DNA of 64,000 nt. Origin: a virus. Positions 19,901 to 28,291 of the stretch are shown here, piece after piece. Each line of letters begins with the position of its first letter. Positions within the stretch are counted from its first letter, which is position 1. The notes beneath the pieces were generated by a model. It did not search any database. It was not told the origin of the DNA and was given only the letters and a program-made list of their open reading frames with translations. The position numbers were made by a program, and so were the translations under genes. Location of the stretch: IMG/VR virus record IMGVR_UViG_3300008952_000003, positions 64,001 through 128,000 of that record. One strand, written 5' to 3'.

Positions 19901-21086
19901 ACTTAAAGATATCGGACTTGACCTCTATAACGAAGATGGTGCCGAAAGGGGCTCTCGTATAACCTTGAATAGAAACCTGGCCCAACAGAAACAAGATCTT
20001 TGGATAGCGATGGATCACATTGAAAACCAGCCTCGAAAGATTTATCTAGATGCAGGCCTTGGCCACACTACATCTCCACAGATGGGGGGGGTATATCATC
20101 CGCCCGGCGAGGTAAAGGTGAGGGGCACCCTATCGCTCGACACCGAGACACTCTCTGTGGCTGATGTTGCGCAATCTTTGACCGACAATATTGCAGCAAT
20201 CGCAGCAATCGATACTTCTGGTATTGCAACAAATGCAGCAGCAATCGCAGCAATCGATACTTCTGGTATTGCAACAAATGCAACAGCCATTTCAAGTATT
20301 AATGCAGATAAGCACATATTTACGGATCATATCGTCCTCAAAGAGAAAAGGGATCTCCATTTTTATGATGAGACAGATTCCATGAAGGGGCAGGTAGCCT
20401 ACAACGAGAGTTCAGACGGAAATTATATAAAGGTTGCTCTCGAAGCGGACAGCACAAAGACGAGAGTAATTAGCCTTAACGCTGGAAACTTAGACGGCGT
20501 AAGCCCAGAGGGCACTGTCAAACTAATAGGAGAGACCATTATCAATAGAAATGGCACCGTTTACAATGTTACGGACAAATTGGACTCTCTTGATGCTACC
20601 GTGGTATCAAACTCCACCGCAATCGCAGCGATTGACACTAGTGCTCAGGGCACAAACGCAACAAACATTACAACAAACACAACGAATATCGCAGCAAACG
20701 CAACAAACATTACAACAAACACAACGAATATCGCAGCAAACACTGCCACCGAGCTAGAAAATAGGTGGTCGAATTCAAAAAACTGGATGCTTAGACCACC
20801 CGCTCCCTATAGCGGAAATAATGTTTTGCAAATCCAGACAGGCGGAATATTCGGATCAACCGATGGATCCGTAGCCTTCCATTCATCAGACGGAATGTTG
20901 ATAATAAACGGCCCGGCCGACTCCGCGAACGATGCCGTATTGGCCTGTGATGGAAAAAAACTTTCCATGAAAGATACTATTAACTTATTCGTATCAATAA
21001 AGACAGCCGTAGATCAGGCAACTGATTTTGATCACTTTAAGGCGCTCATGGGGCTCGCTTATGCTTTTTGGGATCCAAATTGGTAG
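16947..21086 (+). CDS. long tail fibre-like protein: LamG domain, duplicated internal domain, trimeric coiled-coil repeats
   Basis: N-terminal LamG (LIAYY, YTISIWAK, WIHLAVT, DEVAVWSRALTASEI); DLGSP..RDLYLS fibre motifs; AAIDTSGIATN and TNITTN repeats. Confidence 0.8.
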   Translation: MAINDNLIAYYRASDFTDEKGTYNSTTQTSVTVSATGKYGDGWSFDDSDESVIILDSTIDFDMAHVASTGYTISIWAKNPYPATPVRGKTSILSSDTNSVMPLMIYRFLGGKIRLGWNGDEPNSNYGGTSYAEDIINGGYWEKQDSDEIFSGWIHLAVTVQAGHAKYYINGSHVATLSHAKVTQAVSFNRIGNLTSSWYSKTALAEVVDEVAVWSRALTASEILDVYGSEINSLVAGPPAPAPVALAEKSTLSSESDTSAVGLVSPTGDVGFLKGSGQTGIMVYSESPYTIWFKDSNATWTSYQTFTAENLLKNTTFPWGNNVAAYIQTSEATHKVYIYPKTGALLYDGDPTDGINQADTLLSSDNTSVAQTIASKWDQDTGGHLIPGTNDTFDIGSPDYRVRDIYLSNDSLYIGDDVKISNDNGVKKTKKRKKDRMPQLLQDLGVTSAQVAAAFPNKSGFSDMTMANWLNLAKQQSGNQNLTPKDLFDAVADFDIDPEWSDYLIVDSPTLGNLELKGSAGQKIKLSELIGMQSDIAAIDTSGIATNATAIATNATDIQDTLGTITGSTHLGFLPIPGASSSAPFANLIESVSMHGDDGDIKWFDEGALTWKSHIRSGENDGETYIDISPQVFGSPSAIWLGQGADQCTTSVRGDLRVAGTIKPYAGTNHDLGSPTSPFRDLYLSDNSLWVGDSKLDSTTGKIRKRNRKKDKVPKWLSDRGVTPADAQAAFPGYSNISQMTMANWMTMAKQQSGGEDATPNDVFGASEDFDIDKDWEDYLVVDDPEIGDLTLKGSTGIPAVFTSRPGAAPYYGDGSLRYLDLRVSDIQAEHLEFKQNGKGIMWRDSNEVQQWLLMHQSADGVAPTLKLSVATAASRDETGRTPHLKLIAGRSGHDDSVLTLRAHQVVVEDNLGDNALDLREELPKIATNTAAIAAIAAIDTSGIATNTAAIAAIDTSGIATNTSDITTINDNKYIFDGADANTIQLKDIGLDLYNEDGAERGSRITLNRNLAQQKQDLWIAMDHIENQPRKIYLDAGLGHTTSPQMGGVYHPPGEVKVRGTLSLDTETLSVADVAQSLTDNIAAIAAIDTSGIATNAAAIAAIDTSGIATNATAISSINADKHIFTDHIVLKEKRDLHFYDETDSMKGQVAYNESSDGNYIKVALEADSTKTRVISLNAGNLDGVSPEGTVKLIGETIINRNGTVYNVTDKLDSLDATVVSNSTAIAAIDTSAQGTNATNITTNTTNIAANATNITTNTTNIAANTATELENRWSNSKNWMLRPPAPYSGNNVLQIQTGGIFGSTDGSVAFHSSDGMLIINGPADSANDAVLACDGKKLSMKDTINLFVSIKTAVDQATDFDHFKALMGLAYAFWDPNW
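19722..19834 (+). repeat. near-tandem in-frame repeat (IATNTAAIAAIDTSG)
   Basis: gcagcaatcgcagcaattgatacttctggtattgcaacaaat occurs twice, with extra gcagcaatc triplet units. Confidence 0.9.
20193..20285 (+). repeat. 45-bp tandem repeat of the same AAIAAIDTSGIATN family
   Basis: gcagcaatcgcagcaatcgatacttctggtattgcaacaaatgca x2; a related copy lies near 18552-18620. Confidence 0.9.
20654..20737 (+). repeat. exact 42-bp tandem duplication (NATNITTNTTNIAA x2)
   Basis: aaacgcaacaaacattacaacaaacacaacgaatatcgcagc twice. Confidence 0.92.
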
Positions 21087-21110
21087 CAAATAGTTTTATA
21101 AGGAGGGTCT

Positions 21111-21311
21111 ATGACAATGACACAAATGGCAAAAGGCGCCTTGGATAAGCTTTTAGAAAAAGCTATTTCAAGAAAACTACTGGTATGGGGAACTGCAACA
21201 GCACTTCTCTTTACCTCCAATCTTGAGAGTGAACACTGGCTCTATCTTAGCGCCCTATATATTGGTGGACAATCTATAATCGACGCAATAGTTAAATTTA
21301 AGAGTGCTTGA
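21111..21311 (+). CDS. putative holin (two hydrophobic segments)
   Basis: 66 aa, SRKLLVWGTATALLF / WLYLSALYIGGQSII; RBS AAGGAGG; followed by spanin-like genes. Confidence 0.55.
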   Translation: MTMTQMAKGALDKLLEKAISRKLLVWGTATALLFTSNLESEHWLYLSALYIGGQSIIDAIVKFKSA

Positions 21312-21712
21312 TGATTAATATTAATTTCGGTGATGTTTTCAGATATTTGGGAGAGTTTTTATCAAAGAACTGGCAAGCTATAGGTCTTGTGATCATGGTC
21401 TGTCTCTTCTTTTTGACAAAAAACGATTATGCTGCTTTAAAAAATTCAATGGATGTGATGAGTGTGAGCTATCAAGAGCAAATATCTGTCCTAGAAGCTC
21501 TTCATGCTAAGGAAATAGCAGCGCGAGAGGAGGCAATCGCCGCCTATGAGCGCGAACTAGTTGAATTGACAAGAAAATATGAGGAAGAGATCAGAGATCT
21601 TCAAAGAAATAAAGAAGAGGACATCGAAGAATATATTCGAGACTTTGACCTACAGCCAGAAAAGCTTGCGAGAGAAATAGAAGAACAATTTGGATTTGAA
21701 TATGTTGAATAA
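21308..21712 (+). CDS. i-spanin-like protein (N-terminal TM + coiled coil)
   Basis: AIGLVIMVCLFFL TM segment, then a long charged coiled coil; start overlaps the holin stop. Confidence 0.5.
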   Translation: MMININFGDVFRYLGEFLSKNWQAIGLVIMVCLFFLTKNDYAALKNSMDVMSVSYQEQISVLEALHAKEIAAREEAIAAYERELVELTRKYEEEIRDLQRNKEEDIEEYIRDFDLQPEKLAREIEEQFGFEYVE

Positions 21713-22136
21713 AATAATATTTTTGGCACTCTTTTCTGCTTTTGCAGGTACGGCACTAGCCAGTGATGGGAAATTCACATTCACACAAGAGAATGAGCCA
21801 TCACCATTTACTGGAACTCTGTTCGACCCAGAAGCAACAGCGAGATTGTTGGCAAATAATAAGTTTTTGAAAGAAGAGTATGATTTGAAGCTTGGATTTG
21901 AGCTTTCAAAGCAAGAAAGAGAGTTCAATCTCAAACTAGAACAGCTTCAAATCACCCTGGACACCCAGAAAGAGAAATATGAGACAACACTAGAGTTAAA
22001 AAACACAGAAATCGAACAATTAAACAAGATTATCGCGAAAAAGCCCGGATCAAATGCTATGATTTGGGGAATAATCGGTGGTTTTGTGGCTGGCGCCGCT
22101 TCTACTGTCGCTATCGTACATGCGGTGAACAAATGA
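21702..22136 (+). CDS. exported coiled-coil protein with C-terminal TM (spanin-partner-like)
   Basis: Likely start ATG 21702; signal peptide MLNKIIFLALFSAFAGTALA; coiled coil; C-terminal WGIIGGFVAGAASTVAIV; overlaps the upstream gene. Confidence 0.55.
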   Translation: MLNKIIFLALFSAFAGTALASDGKFTFTQENEPSPFTGTLFDPEATARLLANNKFLKEEYDLKLGFELSKQEREFNLKLEQLQITLDTQKEKYETTLELKNTEIEQLNKIIAKKPGSNAMIWGIIGGFVAGAASTVAIVHAVNK

Positions 22137-22516
22137 AGAAGAGTTTAAATGATATTGCGAAATATGAAGTTGCTATTTCCAAAAAATATGGAAAAGATGC
22201 AATCAAGCATCCCCAAGCCGACTGGAACGACGAAAAAGAGAAGGAATACCAAAAACAATCCAAGGATCTTTATGAAAAAGAGAAGGAAATTCGAGAAAAA
22301 ACTGAAAAAGTAGAAGTTGATGGATTTTTAATATCTAAAAAACTATTTACTAAAGATAGCAATCGAATTTGTCCCACATGTCATTCCTATTCTTTTGATT
22401 TGAGAGACGATGTATATATGACAAAGTTTGATTGTTGCTTTAAATGCTACATTCAATGGGTAGAGGGCCGCGAAGAAAGGTGGAAATCTGGATGGCGCCC
22501 AAAAGAGGAAAAATAA
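22133..22516 (+). CDS. hypothetical protein with C-terminal Cys cluster (CPTC...CCFKC)
   Basis: ATGA overlap with the upstream stop gives the start at 22133 (MKKSLNDIAK). Confidence 0.7.
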   Translation: MKKSLNDIAKYEVAISKKYGKDAIKHPQADWNDEKEKEYQKQSKDLYEKEKEIREKTEKVEVDGFLISKKLFTKDSNRICPTCHSYSFDLRDDVYMTKFDCCFKCYIQWVEGREERWKSGWRPKEEK

Positions 22517-23038
22517 ATGGCTACAACATTAGAAATTATTCAAGGAATTACACAAGCTGCAGCAAACGCTTATGATGGTGCTCACGATCAGAGATTTGTG
22601 CCAGATGGAGAAACAAAGGAAATAGGCCTCTCTCGTGAAGAGGGCTGTGCAATCACAGACTCCAGAGTTTCTGATGGTTTCGGTGTAAAAATAATGGGAG
22701 ACGTGCTCCAGATCAATTATGAGGCCAATATCAGATTATCGGATGTCTATGCTAATGGATTTGAAGAAGAGTGCGAAAGAAGGCTGGCAGCAATAGCGGA
22801 TTTTCTAAAAAAAGAATACAAAGTCGTCACCGGCCGATCTTTGGCCCTAAGCCCCCAAGGCGAGGCAGTTTGTGTCGTGCAGCACACCTCCAGAGTCAGG
22901 ACATTTGTTATGGCTCACAAAATGTTTAAAATTGGGGGCCTGAAAGAGGTTGAAACTCTCGGAGAAGGCATAAGTGACCCAATTGCAGTAAAATACCAGA
23001 AGTTTTTGAAAGAAGGCGCCTTTGACAAAAGTGAGTAG
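22517..23038 (+). CDS. hypothetical protein directly upstream of terminase
   Basis: Abuts both neighbours with no gap; no recognisable motif. Confidence 0.7.
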   Translation: MATTLEIIQGITQAAANAYDGAHDQRFVPDGETKEIGLSREEGCAITDSRVSDGFGVKIMGDVLQINYEANIRLSDVYANGFEEECERRLAAIADFLKKEYKVVTGRSLALSPQGEAVCVVQHTSRVRTFVMAHKMFKIGGLKEVETLGEGISDPIAVKYQKFLKEGAFDKSE

Positions 23039-24628
23039 ATGTCATACACATTATCAAAGAAAGAGGTAGTAGCAGAAATATTAAAATGTGGCAAAGATCC
23101 GGCCTATTTTACCAATAACTACGCAAGAATATCTCACCCTCTAGAGGGATTGATCCCATTTAAGACATACCCCTATCAGGCGGATTTGTTATCTGATTTT
23201 AATGATTATCGATTCACCGTCATACTAAAGGCGCGTCAATTAGGTATCTCCACTATCGTCGCGGCATATATAGTATGGCTAATGTTGTTCCATCGAGACA
23301 AAAATATCCTCGTGATGGCTACAAAATTTGCAACAGCCGCAAACTTGGTAAAAAAAGTCAAAGCTATTTTAAAAAACCTACCAGAATGGATCATAATATC
23401 TAACATATCGATAGATAATAGGACCTCTTTCGAACTTTCTAACGGATCCCAGATTAAAGCCGCCTCAACTTCTGGCGATGCCGGCCGCTCGGAGGCACTA
23501 TCTCTGTTGGTTCTAGACGAGGCCGCCCATATTGATAATTTAGGCGAACTTTGGGCAGGATTATATCCTACAATTTCAACTGGCGGCCGCTGCATAGCGC
23601 TTTCTACTCCGAATGGTGTCGGAAACTGGTTTCACAAAGTATATGTCGAGGCCATAGAGTCTTCAAATGATTTCCACCCGGTCAATCTACCGTGGGATGT
23701 CCATCCAGATCGAGATCAGGAGTGGTTTGAGAAAGAGACCAGAAATATGTCTCGACGAGAAATCGCACAAGAACTCGAATGCAACTTCAATACTTCCGGA
23801 GAGAGTGTAATTCATCCAGACGACATAGACTGGATAGAAAAACACGTCTGCGATCCAAAATATCGAACAGGGTTTGATAGGAATATGTGGATATGGGAAG
23901 AATATCAGGCAGATTGTACATACCTTTTAGTTGCCGATGTAGCTAGGGGAGACGGCGCCGATTATTCCGTGTTCCACATAATCAAATTGGAGACTATGGA
24001 AGTTGTGGCTGAGTATCAAGGGAAACCAAATCTGGATATGTATGCCAATGTCTTAACTCAGGCCGGCAAAGAATATGGCAATTGTCTATTGGTGGTGGAA
24101 AATGTTGGAATCGGAATCTCTGTTTTAGAGAAGCTAATAGATTTGGAATACTCAAATCTATATTATTCGATAAAGAGCACACACGAGTATGTTGACAGCT
24201 ACCAGGGTGAAGCCAACAACTCTGCAGTCCCTGGATTTACTACATCGACAAAAACAAGACCACTCATTGTGGCAAAATTAGAAGAATTCATAAGAAACAA
24301 ACTAATTAAAGTATATTCAGTTCGTTTTTCCAATGAACTGCGAACTTTTATTTGGCATAATGGAAAGCCACAAGCAATGCGAGGGTATAATGATGACTTA
24401 ATCATGGCCTTAGCAATCGCTTGTTGGGTAAGGGACACAGCATTAAGCGTGAATAAGAGAGAAGTAGAGTATAAGAAGGCATGTCTAAACTCAATAATCA
24501 AAGTTAATACAAAAATAAACACTACAATTCCAGGAATGGAAGGATACAATAGAAAAGAAGCATTTGATGAAAAAATGTTTAAATCATTAGAAGAATATAA
24601 AAAATATTCTTGGTTAATAAAAGGATAA
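23039..24628 (+). CDS. terL: terminase large subunit (T4 gp17-like)
   Basis: YPYQ, LKARQLGISTI (Walker A), GRS, LLVLDEAAHI (Walker B), STPNG, nuclease ADVARGDGADYS and NDDLIMALAI. Confidence 0.95.
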   Translation: MSYTLSKKEVVAEILKCGKDPAYFTNNYARISHPLEGLIPFKTYPYQADLLSDFNDYRFTVILKARQLGISTIVAAYIVWLMLFHRDKNILVMATKFATAANLVKKVKAILKNLPEWIIISNISIDNRTSFELSNGSQIKAASTSGDAGRSEALSLLVLDEAAHIDNLGELWAGLYPTISTGGRCIALSTPNGVGNWFHKVYVEAIESSNDFHPVNLPWDVHPDRDQEWFEKETRNMSRREIAQELECNFNTSGESVIHPDDIDWIEKHVCDPKYRTGFDRNMWIWEEYQADCTYLLVADVARGDGADYSVFHIIKLETMEVVAEYQGKPNLDMYANVLTQAGKEYGNCLLVVENVGIGISVLEKLIDLEYSNLYYSIKSTHEYVDSYQGEANNSAVPGFTTSTKTRPLIVAKLEEFIRNKLIKVYSVRFSNELRTFIWHNGKPQAMRGYNDDLIMALAIACWVRDTALSVNKREVEYKKACLNSIIKVNTKINTTIPGMEGYNRKEAFDEKMFKSLEEYKKYSWLIKG

Positions 24629-24631
24629 AGA

Positions 24632-26569
24632 ATGGCCGACAGAACTAAAAATCCAAACAATCCACAATCTGAACTTTTTAGGAGATTGACAAGATTATTT
24701 TCTGGTCCGATTATAAATTGGCGGACTCAAATGAATCGAAAGATTCGCAGGACATCTCTGGATAAATATGCGACTCAGTTTAAGTCAGCGTCTGGCCAAC
24801 AATTTAAAAAATCCGAATATAGTCCTTTTGACGTGATGCATTCGAAGATAATGGCGCAACAAAATCGCGCCGAAAGGTATGTCGATTACGAGCAGATGGA
24901 ATATATGCCAGAAATAGCTTCGGCCTTGGATATATATGCAGATGAGATGACGACGCATACCGCACTGACTCCCATGTTGACAATTACGTGCCCCAATGAG
25001 GAAATAAAGGCCATTTTGCGCTCACTTTACGATAATGTACTCAATATTAATCATAATCTTTTTGGCTGGTGCCGCTCGATGTGTAAATATGGAGATATCA
25101 TATTATATATGGACCTCGATGAGAGGTTGGGCGTTAAATCAGTCATCCCTCTTCCACTTCGAGAGATTGAGCGCATGGAGGGCGAAGATCCGTCTAATCC
25201 AAATTATATACAATATCAATGGAACTCCGGAGGGATGACTTTTGAAAATTGGCAGATAGCTCATTTTAGAATTCTTGGAAATGACAAAAATACCCCATAT
25301 GGGACTTCCGTTTTGGACGCTGGCCGAAGAATTTGGCGCCAACTAGTTTTAATGGAGGACGCGATGATGGCTTATCGTATTGTCCGATCATCGGAGAGGA
25401 GGGTTTTCTATATTGATGTTGGGAACATCGCCCCCCAAGACGTTGAGAGTTTTGTGCAAAAAACTATCACTTCAATGAAGCGAAATCAGGTAGTTGATGC
25501 AAACACTGGACGCGTCGACCTTCGTTATAATCCGCTATCTGTCGAAGAGGACTATTTCATCCCGATAAGGGGAGGAGAATCATCAAAAATAGACACACTC
25601 CAGGGCGGACAATTTACTGGAGATATCGACGACGTAAAATATTTGAGAGACAAGCTCTTTTCAGCCCTCAAAATACCATCATCATATTTGTCGAGTGATT
25701 CTGAGGCAGCGATTGAAGATAAAAATACGCTAGCTCAGAAAGATGTTCGCTTTGCAAGAACTATTCAACGGTTACAGCGCTCGGCAATTACAGAGTTGGA
25801 AAAGATAGGGATTGTACACCTATATACTTTGGGATTCCGAGGCGACGATTTAGTCAGCTTCAGACTCAGCTTAAATAATCCATCTAAAATAGCAGAACTA
25901 CAAGAGCTAGAACACTGGAAAACGAAATTTGATATCGCAGGCGGCGCCACAGAGAACTTTTTTAGTAGGCGGTGGATTGCTCAAAATATTTTCGATTTAT
26001 CAGATGAAGAATTTGTCAGAAATCAAAGGGAGATGTTCCACGATAGAAAATATGAGGCTGCACTTGCATCTGCGGCCGAAGAATCCGCCGAAGAGGGTTA
26101 CGATGACGCAGGCGTCGATCTTGGAGGTGAAGAAGATTTCGATCTTGGAGGTGAAGAAGATTTCGATCTTGGAGGTGAAGAGGAAGCAGGGACAGAAACG
26201 GCTGAAGAAGAGCCAGAAAGCCCCCTTTTGGCCGCTCCAGCAAAAAGAAACGACAATGGCCAGAAGTATTCTAAAAACTCACTCCGCCCCTCCGCCAGGG
26301 GCAAAAAATATGTAAATAAAGGCCTTCGAGGAGGAGACGGCCGCAATGGCCGCCCCCAGAGCTATAGAAGTATCGCCATTCCTAAGCCGAAAGAGATTAT
26401 ACCCGGTATGATGGATATGAAAAGCTTATCTCGTGGTATTTACGAGGGCGAGCAGCCTATTTATAAAAACGAAGAAAATATTTTATTGGAATCCAACTTA
26501 GCGGTCAAAAGAGTTATTATGGAATTGCAACAAAATTCGGAGATTAAACTAAATGAAGATGAAACATAA
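24632..26569 (+). CDS. gp20: portal protein (T4 gp20-like)
   Basis: YEQMEYMPEIASALDIYADE, LMEDAMMAYRIVRSSERRVFYIDVGN, EDYFIPIRGG, IDDVKYLRDKLFSALKIP. Confidence 0.95.
   Translation: MADRTKNPNNPQSELFRRLTRLFSGPIINWRTQMNRKIRRTSLDKYATQFKSASGQQFKKSEYSPFDVMHSKIMAQQNRAERYVDYEQMEYMPEIASALDIYADEMTTHTALTPMLTITCPNEEIKAILRSLYDNVLNINHNLFGWCRSMCKYGDIILYMDLDERLGVKSVIPLPLREIERMEGEDPSNPNYIQYQWNSGGMTFENWQIAHFRILGNDKNTPYGTSVLDAGRRIWRQLVLMEDAMMAYRIVRSSERRVFYIDVGNIAPQDVESFVQKTITSMKRNQVVDANTGRVDLRYNPLSVEEDYFIPIRGGESSKIDTLQGGQFTGDIDDVKYLRDKLFSALKIPSSYLSSDSEAAIEDKNTLAQKDVRFARTIQRLQRSAITELEKIGIVHLYTLGFRGDDLVSFRLSLNNPSKIAELQELEHWKTKFDIAGGATENFFSRRWIAQNIFDLSDEEFVRNQREMFHDRKYEAALASAAEESAEEGYDDAGVDLGGEEDFDLGGEEDFDLGGEEEAGTETAEEEPESPLLAAPAKRNDNGQKYSKNSLRPSARGKKYVNKGLRGGDGRNGRPQSYRSIAIPKPKEIIPGMMDMKSLSRGIYEGEQPIYKNEENILLESNLAVKRVIMELQQNSEIKLNEDET
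26115..26181 (+). repeat. 24-bp tandem repeat x2.8 in the portal tail (DLGGEEDF)
   Basis: tcgatcttggaggtgaagaagatt repeated. Confidence 0.9.
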
Positions 26570-27374
26570 TAAAAAGAGAAACACGGCCTTTATCTTTGAA
26601 GCGCTCATACGAGAATTGACAAAATCTATTATCTCTAAAGATGATAATAAGAAGAAAACTATCCTATCTCTCATAAAAGAGAACTTCAAGGGAAGCGGAA
26701 TACTAGCAAGAGACTTAGAATTGTATAAATCGATTCTTGAGACCAGGAGTGTTGATAGGAGAACGGCAGAGAAGATAATATTCGAATCTAGAATACAAAA
26801 AAAGACCATCGATCACAAAGAACTGTTCGAAAAGCAGACAGAAGTGATTAAAAAGATAAATAAGATGGTATCTCCAGGCGTATTTAATAACTTTATTCCA
26901 AATTATAAAGATATGGCAACAATATTCCAAATATTTCATCCAAAAACGAAGACAAAGCAGCGAATATTGATGGAAAACCAATTAGCTGACAAGATGATTT
27001 CCGATAAAGAGCGCGAGAAAGAGTTATTGAGGCCAATTGATAATCTGACATACAAGACGTTCGTTAAAAAATTCAATGAGAAATATGGTTCCTCCCTGAT
27101 GGAGGTGCAGAAAGAGCTATTAAAGAGATATATCGGATCATTCACAGATAATGGAATAGAATTAAAGATATTCCTAAATGAAGAAATACCAAGACTGAGA
27201 AAAGAGGTGCAAGTAGCCCTCGGAATGGAAGAAATTAGGTCAGACAGTGATATGCTCTCTGGCGCCAAAAAAGTCTCTTCGATGCTTGACAATATGATAA
27301 AGAGACCAGTGGATAATATTTTTATTCACGATATCTTGAAGATACAAAATTTAGTTAAGGAAATTAAAAGCTAA
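26553..27374 (+). CDS. hypothetical protein (head-assembly region)
   Basis: KHNKKRNTAFIFEALIRE start; overlaps the portal end. Confidence 0.75.
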   Translation: MKMKHNKKRNTAFIFEALIRELTKSIISKDDNKKKTILSLIKENFKGSGILARDLELYKSILETRSVDRRTAEKIIFESRIQKKTIDHKELFEKQTEVIKKINKMVSPGVFNNFIPNYKDMATIFQIFHPKTKTKQRILMENQLADKMISDKEREKELLRPIDNLTYKTFVKKFNEKYGSSLMEVQKELLKRYIGSFTDNGIELKIFLNEEIPRLRKEVQVALGMEEIRSDSDMLSGAKKVSSMLDNMIKRPVDNIFIHDILKIQNLVKEIKS

Positions 27375-27928
27375 TGGCATCATTAACCGTCTATATGGGC
27401 CCCGAGGCCAACAAAAAAAGAGTAACTTTGGAGTTGCAAGCCAGAAAGACGTTGGATGGTAACATTCTGATCTTTGATCATCAAGAAATCGATATCGTCA
27501 TAATGCCAAAAAAGAAAAAAGTGGTTGCTTTTGCGAAAGATGACTTTTCTGACACTGTTTACGAGGTTCAAAATAGACTATTCGACCACCTGAAGAAGAA
27601 GGGGATCGTTTCTTATGACTCAATAAGAGGGGGCAACGTTTATGGTTCGTTTGAGGGCCTAATAGAGGAATCTGCTGATGAAAGTATCAATCCTGTTGAT
27701 TACGCCCTATACAATATCTATACTTTCCTGAAAGAAGAGGCGCCTTATTACAATTATATCGAGGATTACGAAAAAATGCTCGATGATTACTACACTAGTC
27801 CGACCGATGAAGACTCAACGGAACTAGGTGAGGTGCCGCAAGCCTCCGAAAAGGGCGCCCTTAAGCCCGGCTACAACTACGAGCCGTATTGGATGAGCTA
27901 TATGCTCGAAGAAAGCAAGGAAAAGTAG
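27374..27928 (+). CDS. hypothetical protein
   Basis: TAATG coupling to the upstream gene. Confidence 0.7.
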   Translation: MASLTVYMGPEANKKRVTLELQARKTLDGNILIFDHQEIDIVIMPKKKKVVAFAKDDFSDTVYEVQNRLFDHLKKKGIVSYDSIRGGNVYGSFEGLIEESADESINPVDYALYNIYTFLKEEAPYYNYIEDYEKMLDDYYTSPTDEDSTELGEVPQASEKGALKPGYNYEPYWMSYMLEESKEK

Positions 27929-28224
27929 TGAGTCTTGTTTACTTTATTTTAGCATCGCACGGGCTCACCCAACTGCTATGTTACGCGAAGATTTTTGACA
28001 AGATTCGCCCCACTGGCTATTTCTGGTGCTGCCCCATGTGCATTGGATTCTGGGTTGGAGTATTTTTGTGCGTCATTAGCCCCTTGACTGAACTATTTAC
28101 TTATGAACTTTCGATCACGAATCTTTTAATTTGTGGTGGAATAAGCTCAGGAACATCATATATTTTGAGCATGGTATTCGGAGACGAAGGCATAAACCTA
28201 AAAAAAGGAGGTGAATATGTCTAA
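27928..28224 (+). CDS. small membrane protein with CPMCIGFW motif (DUF1360-like)
   Basis: Likely GTG start overlapping the TAG at 27926-27928; three hydrophobic segments; CxxCxGxW motif. Confidence 0.6.
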   Translation: MSLVYFILASHGLTQLLCYAKIFDKIRPTGYFWCCPMCIGFWVGVFLCVISPLTELFTYELSITNLLICGGISSGTSYILSMVFGDEGINLKKGGEYV

Positions 28225-28270
28225 AAGATGGTTGATTCGCGGTGTCCGTCGTTGCAAAAACGGCTGTTGA
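28217..28270 (+). CDS. 17-aa basic micro-peptide MSKRWLIRGVRRCKNGC (not in the ORF track)
   Basis: Preceded by AAGGAGGTGA (28205-28214), the longest anti-SD match seen in the window. Confidence 0.55.
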   Translation: MSKRWLIRGVRRCKNGC

Positions 28271-28291
28271 CTACTTTAGAAGGAAATTAAA

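Noticed and set aside
19722-20737. Possible CRISPR-like array from short direct repeats
   Set aside because: The repeats are in-frame multiples of 3 within a fibre ORF and lack unique spacers; the same applies at 26115, 46269 and 54640.
21111-21128. Lambda-style dual-start holin/antiholin
   Set aside because: Several ATGs exist, but the intervening residues (Thr, Gln) are uncharged, unlike Met-Lys-Met.
23022-23050. TTGACA upstream of terminase as a sigma70 promoter
   Set aside because: No acceptable -10 at 16-18 nt (TACACA lacks the conserved final T); the same holds for TTGACA at 12688, 24686, 27286 and 51714.
10624-26569. Inteins, introns or homing endonucleases in primase, SbcCD, terminase or portal
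   Set aside because: Conserved motifs are contiguous; I saw no splice-junction residues or LAGLIDADG/HNH/GIY-YIG motifs.
28200-28206. -1 frameshift at the A AAA AAA run fusing the membrane protein to the micro-peptide
   Set aside because: The micro-ORF is in the +1 frame, so a -1 slip would not join them.
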